From an uncultured archaeon (GTDB lineage: Archaea; Thermoproteota; Bathyarchaeia; Bathyarchaeales; Bathycorpusculaceae), in contig CAWENF010000002.1 in assembly GCA_963810275.1 (NCBI GenBank), positions 158,654-222,653 on the forward strand: a DNA stretch of 64,000 bases. Reading direction: 5' to 3'. Position 1 is the first letter of the stretch; each line of letters opens with the position of its first letter. The position numbers and the translations under genes are program-made. Below the pieces are notes generated by a model. The model was given only the letters and a program-made list of their open reading frames with translations, did no database searches and was not told where the DNA came from. Of the stretch, positions 1 through 10,160 are shown piece after piece.

Positions 1-848
1 TAGAGGTTATGTGCAATTACCAAGCGCCAATCAGTGTTGTAGATGCCTATAGTTGTCCAGTAGGCTTCTTTGTTAACTAAAGGTCTAGAAGGTGAAAGGT
101 CATCAAAGTACGAGTAAGTGCCATATCCTGATTTGGTGTCTAAAACTTTGTGAATGAAAGTCTGAAGTTCTGTATAGCCTTGATATTCTTCATCGGTGAA
201 GATGTTTTTGCCTTGCTCCTCATTGTTAGCATCGTAAATTAGCGTGCTGTTACCTTGCAAGGCATAGATAGTATAGATGCCTTGTGCTTGATCTTTCACG
301 ATTGGATGAATGAGTTGGTAGGGTTTGAAAACGATGCTCATTGAACCAATTAATTGTTGGTTGGCATCAAAAACCGGTGAAACCATAACTACCCCGGGAA
401 AGCCTTCAACTAATGATATAAGATTGCTTAGTGCTGGTCGCATTGTTTTATGCATCTCGACGTATTGCTCTTGGTCCTTTACGTTTTGACCAATTATGTT
501 GTTGTATGTGTTGGGTTGGGCTGCAATTAAAAAGTCATTTTTGTCTGCTGTTGCGGCACTTACGATTATCTCTGAGTTTTCTGTGTAGATGTCATTTAAG
601 ATTTCGTCGGCTCCTGAACCTGTTAAGCCTGTCGTAGATAACTTTTGGCAGGCATCTGCTAGGAGTCCATCTAGTCTTAGCAGTTCAGCGTTGATACTTG
701 CTTGTGAATTAATGAGGATGGAGCCCATTTCTTCTTTTTTGCTTTGTTCTGAAACAGAGAGAGTTGTTGTCCATTGGTAGGCGTTTAATGCCAATGATAT
801 ACTCATGATAACGATTAGAATTGCAATCAATATCTTAGTTTTAGTCAT
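1..848 (-). CDS. Stand-alone Cache-domain protein with N-terminal membrane anchor (stop codon at window edge)
   Basis: Hand-translated from ATG at 848: MTKTKILIAILIVIMSISLALNAYQW...LISLVEGFPGVVMVSPVFDANQQLIGSMSIVFKP...KEAYWTTIGIYNTDWRLVIAHNL; frame open to base 3, followed by TA. Not in ORF track. Confidence 0.7.
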   Translation of the reverse strand, partial: MTKTKILIAILIVIMSISLALNAYQWTTTLSVSEQSKKEEMGSILINSQASINAELLRLDGLLADACQKLSTTGLTGSGADEILNDIYTENSEIIVSAATADKNDFLIAAQPNTYNNIIGQNVKDQEQYVEMHKTMRPALSNLISLVEGFPGVVMVSPVFDANQQLIGSMSIVFKPYQLIHPIVKDQAQGIYTIYALQGNSTLIYDANNEEQGKNIFTDEEYQGYTELQTFIHKVLDTKSGYGTYSYFDDLSPSRPLVNKEAYWTTIGIYNTDWRLVIAHNL

Positions 849-939
849 AGATTATCGCTGATTCCTTTGTTTAGGTTAGGTTTTAAGCCTTGTGATATCG
901 TGTTTTTTCTTGTACATGATTCGATAAACTGGTTTTCGG

Positions 940-1674
940 TTATTTTGCGATGGTAAGTAAATGAGCTACCAGTTCTTTTGGGGCAGATAAGAATGGCGAG
1001 TGACTAGTGTTTAAAGAAAGGACTTTTTGGCAAGGAAAAGCGGTGTACATCTTTTTTTGCATAGAAAGTGATATTGCCCTATCCTGTAGGCATTGAATGT
1101 AAACCCTTGGTATCCGTCCAAAGTTTTCTTGAGTGATATGCATAGGCGTTGCCAGGGGAGCTATGGCTTGAGAGCAAAGAAGTGACTTAGCCATGGAGAT
1201 GTCTTTTGCTGAGCAATCTGCATAAAAGTTCGCTTTAACGCCTTCTGGTTTAATGACTGCAAAGGTTTTATCATCGGAATAGATTGTGTTATTGGGTGTT
1301 AGAGATTCTGGATCTTGGTCGCGTAACATTAAGCGTGATTGACCATTTTGCAGTAGAAATGCAGTCAAGTACACGAGGACCTTGATTTTATCTGGCCTAT
1401 ACTCAGCTGCCTGAGTTATACCAAGACCGCCTAAACTGTGTCCGACAAGGATTACGGCTTCTGGCTGAGTATCTAAAACCTTGCATATTTTTTGAGCGTA
1501 ACCATCCAGAGTAACTTCGGGTATTGGCGTTTTATCCTTCCCAGAACCAGGCAGGTCAATTGCTATAGCCCTGTGCCCTTCTTTTTTTAGAAGAGAAACA
1601 ACTTTGTCCCAGCACCAAGCGCCATGATAAGCTCCATGAATTAAAATAAAAATAGCCAAGAAATTCTTTTCCAT
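940..1674 (-). CDS. Alpha/beta-fold hydrolase (methylesterase/SABP2-like)
   Basis: HGAYHGAWCW, GHSLGG nucleophile elbow, Asp in QDRAI, His in SHSPF. Confidence 0.9.
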   Translation of the reverse strand: MEKNFLAIFILIHGAYHGAWCWDKVVSLLKKEGHRAIAIDLPGSGKDKTPIPEVTLDGYAQKICKVLDTQPEAVILVGHSLGGLGITQAAEYRPDKIKVLVYLTAFLLQNGQSRLMLRDQDPESLTPNNTIYSDDKTFAVIKPEGVKANFYADCSAKDISMAKSLLCSQAIAPLATPMHITQENFGRIPRVYIQCLQDRAISLSMQKKMYTAFPCQKVLSLNTSHSPFLSAPKELVAHLLTIAK

Positions 1675-1830
1675 CTTTGTTTATTCGACTCGGATTTGAT
1701 TTCTAACACTTGCTTGATCATCAATCAAAGTCAAATATATGGAATAAGATTAAGCTTCTAAACTTTTTGCAGCACTTGTATATACAAGCGGTAATAAGAT
1801 GCGACAGCATTTTAAGAATGAGGCTTTTCT

Positions 1831-3315
1831 ATGAAAACAGGCACTCAAAAAGATTTCACTGAAGAGACGCTTGATCCAGCCGACTGGAACAAGCTTCGAG
1901 AACTTGGACATCGAATGCTGGACAGCGCTTTTGACTACACAGAAAACATACGAACCCAGAAAACCATTCCATTAAGTCCCCAAGCTATCAAGGAAATCTG
2001 TGTTCCGCTCTCTGAGGAAGGTGAAGGCGAAGAAAGAGTTTTCGAAATTTACCAACGTAGTATTCTACCCTACACTTTAGCTATAGCTTCTCCTAAACTT
2101 TGGGGAGCCGTGGTTGGACAGGGCTCGCCTTATGGTATGTTGGTGGAGATGCTTCGGGCAGGTATTAATGGAGCCCAAGAATTCTCTTTTGCTGAAGCAA
2201 AGGTTAACCTGCAAGTTATAGAATGGATTAAAGAGTTACTCGGTTACCCCAAACAAGCAGGTGGCGTGCTTACCAGCGGCGGTTCGGAAGCTAACTTTAC
2301 CGGTTTGGCTGTTGCGCGAAATTCAAAAGCAGAGGGCGATGTTAAAGCAGATGGTGTTCAGGCCCTCAAGCATAAAATGACTCTTTATTGCAGCGAAGAA
2401 ACTCACAGGTGCTTAGAACGCTCTGTGGAGTTGCTTGGATTAGGTAATAAGGCGCTTAGAAATATCCCCACGGATGAGAACTATAAAATTCAACCAGATT
2501 TGCTTAAGAAAGCAATAAAAAATGATCGCAGCAACGGGTATCAACCCTTCTGCATCATTGGTTGTGCTGGAACCACCAACACAGGTGCATTTGATGACCT
2601 TAATGTATTAGCTGATTTAGCCGATGATGAAGATATGTGGTTTCACATTGATGGAGCTTTTGGGGCATGGGTTAAAATTAGCGATAGTCACCATCGACTT
2701 GTAGAGGGTATGGAGCGGGCGGACTCGTTAGCTGTGGATTTTCATAAATGGATGAATATGCCCTATAACGTAGGCTGCACACTTATCAAAGATAGAAAAG
2801 CGCATTTTAGCACATTTGCCTACGGTCATGAAGCCGAGTACATCAAGTCAGCATTTGAGTTAAGCGAAGACCAGTTGACTAACCCCCATAATCTCGCATT
2901 GCCCCTCTCACGCAATTTTAGCAGCCTTAAAGTTTACATGCTTCTTCGAGCATATGGCAAAAACAGGTATCGTCACCTTATCCAAAAGAATCTTGATCAA
3001 AGCCGGTACCTGGCGGATCTGATTCTTGCTGACGAAGAGTTAGAGCTTACTGCGCCAGTTGTGTCTAATGTGGTTTGCTTCCGTTTTAAACACGCTGCTT
3101 TTAGTGAAGTTGAAAAAGAGCATGTAAATAGGAAAATAATGGATGACATCAACAGAAACGCTTTTTGGATGATTTCTGACACTAAAGTTAAAGGCATTTA
3201 CATGCTTCGTGCATGTATCGTGAATCATCGCACAAAAAAGAAAGATTTAGAATTATTGGTTGACGAAATAAAAACGCTAGGCAAAAAGCACATGCTACGC
3301 AATTCAACCAGATAG
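1831..3315 (+). CDS. PLP-dependent group II amino-acid decarboxylase
   Basis: SGGSEAN, AGTTNTGAFD, HIDGAFG, DFHKW (PLP lysine) motifs. Confidence 0.92.
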   Translation: MKTGTQKDFTEETLDPADWNKLRELGHRMLDSAFDYTENIRTQKTIPLSPQAIKEICVPLSEEGEGEERVFEIYQRSILPYTLAIASPKLWGAVVGQGSPYGMLVEMLRAGINGAQEFSFAEAKVNLQVIEWIKELLGYPKQAGGVLTSGGSEANFTGLAVARNSKAEGDVKADGVQALKHKMTLYCSEETHRCLERSVELLGLGNKALRNIPTDENYKIQPDLLKKAIKNDRSNGYQPFCIIGCAGTTNTGAFDDLNVLADLADDEDMWFHIDGAFGAWVKISDSHHRLVEGMERADSLAVDFHKWMNMPYNVGCTLIKDRKAHFSTFAYGHEAEYIKSAFELSEDQLTNPHNLALPLSRNFSSLKVYMLLRAYGKNRYRHLIQKNLDQSRYLADLILADEELELTAPVVSNVVCFRFKHAAFSEVEKEHVNRKIMDDINRNAFWMISDTKVKGIYMLRACIVNHRTKKKDLELLVDEIKTLGKKHMLRNSTR

Positions 3316-3467
3316 AGACAGTACCGGGAGTTAATCTTTCGCTATTTACTAATTGTACTCTTCGCGCCCCATTGATTTAACCTACTGAAAACAGATTAAT
3401 CATGAATATGCGTTGAAATCAACTTATTTAAACGAGTATAAACAGTAAATTGACTCATTCAGAGAGG

Positions 3468-3530
3468 ATGAACGATTATGAACGATTAAAATTTTTCATC
3501 TTATATTTTTCTTTTGAAAGGGTTTAAATA
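3468..3530 (+). promoter_or_regulatory. Promoter of propeller gene 1: tandem ATGAACGATT x2 followed by BRE/TATA (GAAAGGGTTTAAATA)
   Basis: Direct repeats at 3468-3477 and 3478-3487; TATA-like box near 3523; AAGGAG RBS near 3566. Confidence 0.5.
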
Positions 3531-3581
3531 CGTGTTTCCAACACAGAAATGCAAGGTAAATTATAAAGGAGAATAAAAAAG

Positions 3582-6213
3582 TTGAATACAAAAAAAACTA
3601 TTTCAATTCTGCTTATAGTCGCGTTCTTAGCTTCAACAATTGCGGTAGTAAATGTACCGACAGTAAACGCACAAGAAACACCAACAATGAAGACTTATCC
3701 AATCGTCGACGCTATCCCTAACCCAGTCGGTGTTGGACAAGAGACACTGCTCAAATGCGGCATCTCAGAAGCCGCTCCCTCAGCATCCTACGGCTGGACA
3801 GGAATCACAATCACCGTCGTAATACCCTGATGGACACGAAGAAACTCTTGGCCCATTCACAACAGACTCCACAGGCTCAACCTACACAACATACGTACCA
3901 GACCAAGTAGGCAACTACACCATAACAACAAACTTCCCCAACAACACATACCCAGAAACAGCCCAGCCAATGGGTAGACCTGCACCTATACTAAAAGGCA
4001 CCATAATGCTTGAAAGCTCCATATCAATGACACTAGAAGTTATCGAATCCGCAGAAACACAATTCTATCCTGGCCATCCACTTCCAACAGAGTACTGGAG
4101 TCGACCAATCGACCCACAACTCAGAGAATGGTACAGCATCTCAGGCAACTGGGTAGAACGAGGACCAAACTCGATTGCATTGTTCCAAGATAATGCTCCT
4201 GAGACTCCCCACGTATTGTGGGCTAGTCAATACGAGCAAGGCGGCATATCAGGCGGCGTATACGACGACAATATCATCGCAGACATGTACGCAGGAGACG
4301 CATACGAAGGCAGATTCAACAAACTCAGTAGTAATCAATGGAGTACTATACTACAACACCCAAGGAAACGGCCTATACGCACAAACCAGCATACCCGGAG
4401 TCCAAGCAATCGATCTCCACACAGGCGAAAAACTCTTCTTCATAAACGGCACATTCCTAAACTTTGGCCAAACAATGTACTTCCCAAGCTACAACGTAAA
4501 CGGCGTATGGAACTACCTCTGGTCAACAAGCGGTAGCACTTATACAGCATACAGCACAAACGATGGCTCATTCCAGTTCCAGTTCTACAACGTACCTTCA
4601 GGCACTAGAGTCTGGGGTCCAAACGGAGAAATCCTCATCTACCAAATCGACTACAGAAACGGTTGGATGGCACTCTGGAACTCAACACTAGCAGGACAAC
4701 AAAACGACATCATCGGCACACCAACTTATGGTAGCTGGTCCTTCGGTGTCTTAGGACTTGGTCCTGGCGGTTCACGCGTAACAAACCCAACTAACGATAT
4801 AGGTCAGCAGGTAAATTCAGGTTATCCAGTGTCACGACATTTAGATGGTTCACTTGACAAATGCTACTCATGGAACGTCACCATACCCACAGGCTTAAGC
4901 GCAAACTATCTTAGAGTCTACCAAGGCGATAGAATCGTCGGTATGGCCTTCAACCAAACCGAAGTTCGTCTTTGGGGTCTACCAATTGACAGCATGACCG
5001 CAACACGCAATGCATCCGTAAACGAACAATCACTCTCAAAAATATTCGACAAAACCTGGAAAGCACCAGCTGAGTGGCTCGAAGGAAATAACTTCATTTA
5101 CTACACTGGCGCATCAGACTACGTCACAGATGACACCTACGGCGACGGCGTAATGGCAGTATTTGATAAAGAATTAACAACCCACTACGGCTTTAGCCTT
5201 GTCGACGGATCATACCTATGGACAACTCACTCTGAAAACTATCTTGACCTATACGGTGCTGGCGCTATGGAACACACATGGTACTTTGCTTACGGCCATC
5301 TCTACTCAGTTGGTCTAGCAGGCATCATGTACGCATACGACCTCCAAACTGGCCAAGTTGACTGGACCTACACACTAAACGACCCTACAACGAACCAGTC
5401 ACTGGTGAAAACTGGTGGGGCTGGATCGACCTAATCGCTGATGGCAAAATCTACATCGGAACACTAGAACACTCCGCAAACAGCCCAATGCCAAGAGGCG
5501 CACCATACGCATGTGTTAACGCAACCGACGGCAGCCAAATCTTCCGCATAAACGGATTGATGCGTGAGACTCGTTGGGGCGGAAACCCAGTTATCGGTGA
5601 TGGCATTATCGCAGGCTACGATACATACGACGGCATGGTCTATGCAATGGGCAAAGGACCAAGCAAAACAACTGTAACAGCTCCAAACCTTGGCGCAGCT
5701 CCAGGACAAAGCATAGTGATTTCAGGCAAAGTTACTGATGTCTCACCAGGCATGACAACGGACCCACGCATTACTATGCGCTTCCCAGACGGTGTTCCAG
5801 CAGTATCTGATGACAGTCAAAGCCAACACATGCTCTACATCTGGAAACAATTTGAGATGCCAACCAACTCAAGTGGTGTCCCAGTGACAATCTCAGTTGT
5901 CGATGCTAACGGAAACTTCCGTGAAATCGGAACCGCTACAACCGACAGCTCAGGCAGTTACACCTTAAGCTGGATGCCCGACATTTCAGGTAAATACAGT
6001 GTAGTAGCAACATTCGCAGGCTCGGAAGCATACTATGGATCATACGCCCAAACAGGTTTCGTCGTTGACGAAGCACCATCAACAACAACACAACCCACAC
6101 CGCAACCAGAATCTCCAGCAGACATGTATATCTTGCCAATGTCAATCGCCATAATCGTCGTTATCATCATTGTCGGCATAGTCCTACTGCTTGCCATAAG
6201 AAAACGTCCATAA
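3582..6213 (+). CDS. Secreted, C-terminally anchored PQQ-like beta-propeller protein, paralogue 1 (about 3 frameshifts)
   Basis: ORF pieces 3582-3830, 3970-4536, 4175-5434, 5488-6213 are collinear with the intact paralogues (LPTEYWSRPI, GDAYEG, GKGPS, GVPAVSD, TM+KRP tail). Confidence 0.85.
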
Positions 6214-6655
6214 AATAAAAAACAACGGGATCTTACAATCCCTCCCTCTTTATTTTTTTGTATAAGCAACAGAGTGCTGTAAAGCATAATTTTTTGCATT
6301 TTATCTTTTTAAACTCATAATTTCGGAAACCCCTAAAAAGCCAATTAATTACTGTTTAAGCCTTATCCGTTGAATTTTGGTTTAAACAAATGTGTTAAAA
6401 CATTTTTTATTTGAAGAATACCAATTGCTTACCAGTTTGGAGTCGGTAGAGTTTGTCAGAACAACGTAGTAATCAGTCAGATTTTAGTTTTGAGTTAGAG
6501 GGATTAAGCACAAAGTTTGCGGAAATAAAGGAAGCAATGAAGAACAGTAGCTAAGCTTCCCAACTTTTTTCTTAAATACCCAAAAATATTTTGTTTTTTT
6601 TGCCATTAGGATGCTTTAGGGTAAGTTACTATACTTCACTCATTAACTCATCTTT

Positions 6656-6810
6656 GAAAGGGATGGGTTTGCTGGGACTTCTGCGCAAGATTTAAGGAGA
6701 AAAAGGAAAGAATAAGAGCAACACTTGCAAATGTACAATTAGCAGAAGCCCTCTCAGCCCCCGACCTCTCTTTTGAAAAAGGAAAGGAAGATAGATTTTT
6801 CATAGGTTTC
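6656..6810 (-). ncRNA. Candidate structured RNA, copy 1, with canonical bulge-helix-bulge motif
   Basis: Minus strand GGG-GCTG-AGA-GGGCTTCTGC ... GCAGAAGTCC-CAGC-AAA-CCC; diverged direct repeat of 7021-7170. Confidence 0.5.
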
Positions 6811-6838
6811 ACTTTAGGGTTTTTTGCATATAAAGAGG

Positions 6839-6866
6839 ACGCACAACATGTGCGTAAATTATATAT
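6839..6866 (-). promoter_or_regulatory. TATA box plus 7-3-7 palindromic operator upstream of ncRNA copy 1
   Basis: ACGCACA-ACA-TGTGCGT at 6839-6855, 3 nt downstream (minus sense) of TATATAA. Confidence 0.45.
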
Positions 6867-7020
6867 GTCGATTTGTTTTACCCCAACTAAGGATAACTAA
6901 CTGGCATTGCCTCGATTCTCATTCAACACTTTTTTCAAGTGACCGTTTGCTTTTTTCCAGACTATCTAGTGATGTTTTGTAGGGCAGCCAATCTTGAGAA
7001 AAAGTCAGCATTCATTGGAA

Positions 7021-7170
7021 GAGATTTTAGGGTTTGCTGAGGCTTCTGCGCAAGATTTAAGGAGAAAAAGGAAAATGAGACAACACAATGAACCATTAAC
7101 AGAAGCAATCTCAGCCCATAATCTCTGGCCGATGAAACAAAAAAAGAAAAAGAGGATAGATTTTCAGTTT
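7021..7170 (-). ncRNA. Candidate structured RNA, copy 2, in 3' region of propeller gene 2
   Basis: Minus strand GG-GCTG-AGA-TT-GCTTCTG ... CAGAAGC-CT-CAGC-AAA-CC; shares CTTCTGCGCAAGATTTAAGGAGAAAAAGGAAA (plus strand) with copy 1. Confidence 0.5.
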
Positions 7171-7180
7171 GTTTTGGTTT

Positions 7181-9745
7181 TTATGGTTTTCTTCTTAGGG
7201 CTACGATTATGACTGCGCCGACGACTATGATGACGATTGCTAAGCCTATGATGCCTGGTAGTAGATATTGGTCTGCCATTGATTGTTGTTGCTCAGCTGG
7301 TGCTGGTGTTGCTGCAGGATCAGCTGCATGGAAAGCAGTTTCTGCGCTTGTACCATAGTAGGATTCGGTGCCTGCAAACGATGCAATGATTCTGTAGTCA
7401 CCTGAAATGTCTGGTGTCCATGTGAAGCTGTAGAAGCCATGGTCATCACTTGTTGTAGATCCGATAGTTCTGTAGTTGCCATTAGAGTCCCAAACACTAA
7501 GGGTTACAGGTACGCCTGTGGCATCAGTTGGGCGTGGTTGCTGCATGTAGACATATTCCATCCATACGCCTTGGCTCTCATCAGAAATGCATGGTAATCC
7601 GTTGGGGAAGTTTGCTGCTTGAGCTTCTTGTTTGCTGCCAGCAGAGTTATCCATGATTGTTCCGCGAATCGTAATTGGGGTTGCGGTGGTTACGCCAACA
7701 TCTGGTGCGTCGACTGTCATTTGTGTGGGTCCTTTGCCCCATGCATAAAGCTGGTTGTCATAGGCGTTTAGGGTGGTCATGATGCCGTCTGCGATGGCTG
7801 GTGCACTTGTGACATCAAATGCGGTTATGTTCCATACTACTGTGCCGTCAGTTAGGTTGAGTGCCATTTGTTGTGCGTGGTGGAATAGTGGTGGGCTGTA
7901 CATGTGTCCAAATGGTAAGAAGAGTTTGCCATCTGCTGCGGTGCCTACGCTAAAGGTCCAAAACGGCCAGGTGCCGTATGGTGATTCGTAGCCGCTTGAG
8001 GGGGCGTGGTATTCCCAGTTGAAGCTACCGTCTTTGGCGTTAATGGAGTATGCGTCGCCACCATAAGTCCAGGTTAGTATTGTGCCGTCAGGTCCAGGTG
8101 TATATCGTTGCCCTAGCGAAGTGAATGGGTTCGCGTTTGGCAATGCAACAGGTCCCCAGATTTTTTTGCCGGTGGATAAGTCGTAGCCTGTGGCTGTTAG
8201 TTCTGCGGAGTCAAATTCTATCCAGACACCATCGTTTATGGTTTCTGAGCCGAAGAGTACACGTGAATTGGGAACTTCGGTTCTGTTGGTTGGTCCCCAG
8301 AGTAAGTGTCCGTCTTCTGCGCTGTAGCCTGCTCCGATGTACCATCCTGGCTGGAAGTATGATGACTGCCCGCTAGTGTAGCTCATCATAACTACTTTGT
8401 CATCCATTCCTGATAGGCTTAGTGATATAGGATTACCGTCGATTTCGGTTGCTATGGGTACGGACCATTCGATGCCGTTTTCGAAATTGTACACTCCGTC
8501 TTGTGTTGGTCTCCATTGCCAAGCATTGCCAAGATCACTGTTGCCGTTGACTCCTCGCAGAATTGTTCTACTAGAATTCCAAACTGTAAGCGATCGTTCT
8601 CCTGCGCTTGCGTTGACGTAGTAGCCGATTAGGCCTCCGTGGTCGTCTATGGTGAGTTTGTTAAAGCTTGATCCGTTGACTATGCTTAAGATGTAGTTGC
8701 CTGTCATTGCATCATACATGCTGTAGGTTGTACCAACAGAGGTAACGCCAGGTACATCGCCGGTTGCCCACAGATATGCTCTGCCGCCGTACTCGTTGGG
8801 TGAGAGGTAGTTCATGATTTGTCCGCATCGCAGATTGGTGGTGTAGTCTTTTGTCCAGATGGTTTCGCCGGTGTGTAGGTTTACTGCGCTCCATCCTGCT
8901 GGGTTAGCTGTTGAGCCGGGGTAGTTTACGTAGTAGAGTATGCCCTGAATGATTATTGGTGCGAATTTTGGTTGGTACTGAGAAGTGGACCAGTAATTGC
9001 TTTGTTGATCGTTACCGAATTCTCCGCCCATGGTGCCGCCGAATGCGATTGGTTTTGTCCACATGATGTGTGGGCTGTTTGGTGCTGTTGTGTAGGGTGC
9101 GTAGTCGCCTGCTTGATTGTATTGGCCGGTGTTGGCGAATGTTGAGACGCCTAAGCCTAGCCAGTTTCCGCCTATGGCATACCATAAGTCGTTATTTTGC
9201 CCGTAAATTGGTCTTGTCCAGTACTCGGTTGGTAGAGGGATAACTGGAGCGTAGCCTATAGGTTCCTCTTGAACAACCAAGTGGAATACGTTGCTTTGGC
9301 TGGGCTCGTAGTAATCGCCGACATAATCATTGGGTCTTTGAAGGTTTTCGCCTCTGAGTGTTTCGCCTAGGAAGAACATTTGGAAGGTGTAGTCGCCGAC
9401 TTGGTCTGGTGTGTATGTGGTGAATGCTCCGCCAGTATCGTCGGAAGTAAATGGACCAAGAGTATCTTCATGTCCGTCTGGTGCGGTTACGACGACGGTT
9501 AGGTTTTCCCATCGGTCACCGTAGGCGCCGCTAGCGGTTGGGGGAGGTACGTTTAGCCAAAAGTTGACGTTCACTGTTTGTCCTACACCGATGGGTGCAG
9601 GTGCAACGTTTATGAAAGCATATGTGGGCAGTGACCAAGGTGGATCGTGAGCTTCAGCAGTTGGTACTGATAGCATAGGGACAGCAGAAATTGCCAAAAT
9701 TGCTATTACTAATAATGCAAATATTGCTTCTTTTTTCAAAATCAT
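7181..9745 (-). CDS. Secreted, C-terminally anchored PQQ-like beta-propeller protein, paralogue 2
   Basis: 854 aa; signal peptide, repeated A/DxxTGxxxW propeller motifs, Pro/Ala linker, TM helix and RRKP tail. Confidence 0.88.
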   Translation of the reverse strand: MILKKEAIFALLVIAILAISAVPMLSVPTAEAHDPPWSLPTYAFINVAPAPIGVGQTVNVNFWLNVPPPTASGAYGDRWENLTVVVTAPDGHEDTLGPFTSDDTGGAFTTYTPDQVGDYTFQMFFLGETLRGENLQRPNDYVGDYYEPSQSNVFHLVVQEEPIGYAPVIPLPTEYWTRPIYGQNNDLWYAIGGNWLGLGVSTFANTGQYNQAGDYAPYTTAPNSPHIMWTKPIAFGGTMGGEFGNDQQSNYWSTSQYQPKFAPIIIQGILYYVNYPGSTANPAGWSAVNLHTGETIWTKDYTTNLRCGQIMNYLSPNEYGGRAYLWATGDVPGVTSVGTTYSMYDAMTGNYILSIVNGSSFNKLTIDDHGGLIGYYVNASAGERSLTVWNSSRTILRGVNGNSDLGNAWQWRPTQDGVYNFENGIEWSVPIATEIDGNPISLSLSGMDDKVVMMSYTSGQSSYFQPGWYIGAGYSAEDGHLLWGPTNRTEVPNSRVLFGSETINDGVWIEFDSAELTATGYDLSTGKKIWGPVALPNANPFTSLGQRYTPGPDGTILTWTYGGDAYSINAKDGSFNWEYHAPSSGYESPYGTWPFWTFSVGTAADGKLFLPFGHMYSPPLFHHAQQMALNLTDGTVVWNITAFDVTSAPAIADGIMTTLNAYDNQLYAWGKGPTQMTVDAPDVGVTTATPITIRGTIMDNSAGSKQEAQAANFPNGLPCISDESQGVWMEYVYMQQPRPTDATGVPVTLSVWDSNGNYRTIGSTTSDDHGFYSFTWTPDISGDYRIIASFAGTESYYGTSAETAFHAADPAATPAPAEQQQSMADQYLLPGIIGLAIVIIVVGAVIIVALRRKP

Positions 9746-9810
9746 GTTTATTCTTTCCTATTTTTGCAATTTGTTGGGTTAGTTATAACAAGACATCCTT
9801 CATAACAATA

Positions 9811-9838
9811 ATGAACAAAATGTTCATAGATTTTAAAT
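9811..9838 (-). promoter_or_regulatory. TATA-like box plus 7-3-7 palindromic operator upstream of propeller gene 2
   Basis: ATGAACA-AAA-TGTTCAT at 9811-9827, 3 nt downstream (minus sense) of TTTAAAA. Confidence 0.55.
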
Positions 9839-9875
9839 ACTGAAGTCTTTTGTTCGTTTATTGATTTCTTTCAAT

Positions 9876-10160
9876 TTATGTTTCAAGCCCCATGCGTTTT
9901 AGCAACGTGTTAGTTTTTTGTATTTGGCGCAGGCATTTTAAGCCGTTTTCAGTTATTAGAAGACCTTGCTCAGTTTTTCGAACCATATCTGCCTGGATAA
10001 AATTATCTATAATTTTTTGAAATCGATTGTAAGGAATATTGGCTCGAGCAGCAACCCTTGTGGGACTGGCTTCGCCAAATTTAGCCCCTTCTTGACATAA
10101 AAGGTCTAGTAAGTCACAGTATATATGGACTCGACTACGATGGCCTAAGGTAATCAGCAG
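9876..10160 (-). CDS. Winged helix-turn-helix transcription factor (HTH_45-like), probable CTG start
   Basis: Hand-translated, absent from ORF track: LITLGHRSRVHIYCDLLDLLCQEG...SPTRVAARANIPYNRFQKIIDNFIQADMVRKTEQGLLITENGLKCL; AGGAGGT RBS at 10163-10169. Confidence 0.75.
   Translation of the reverse strand: MLITLGHRSRVHIYCDLLDLLCQEGAKFGEASPTRVAARANIPYNRFQKIIDNFIQADMVRKTEQGLLITENGLKCLRQIQKTNTLLKRMGLET

Noticed and set aside
3582-6213. Phase variation or programmed frameshifting in propeller 1
   Set aside because: Several unrelated indels with no long repeat tract or stimulatory structure; sequencing error is simpler.
6994-7212. 72-aa plus-strand ORF
   Set aside because: Overlaps the propeller 3' end and the hairpin repeat; frame not preserved in copy 1.
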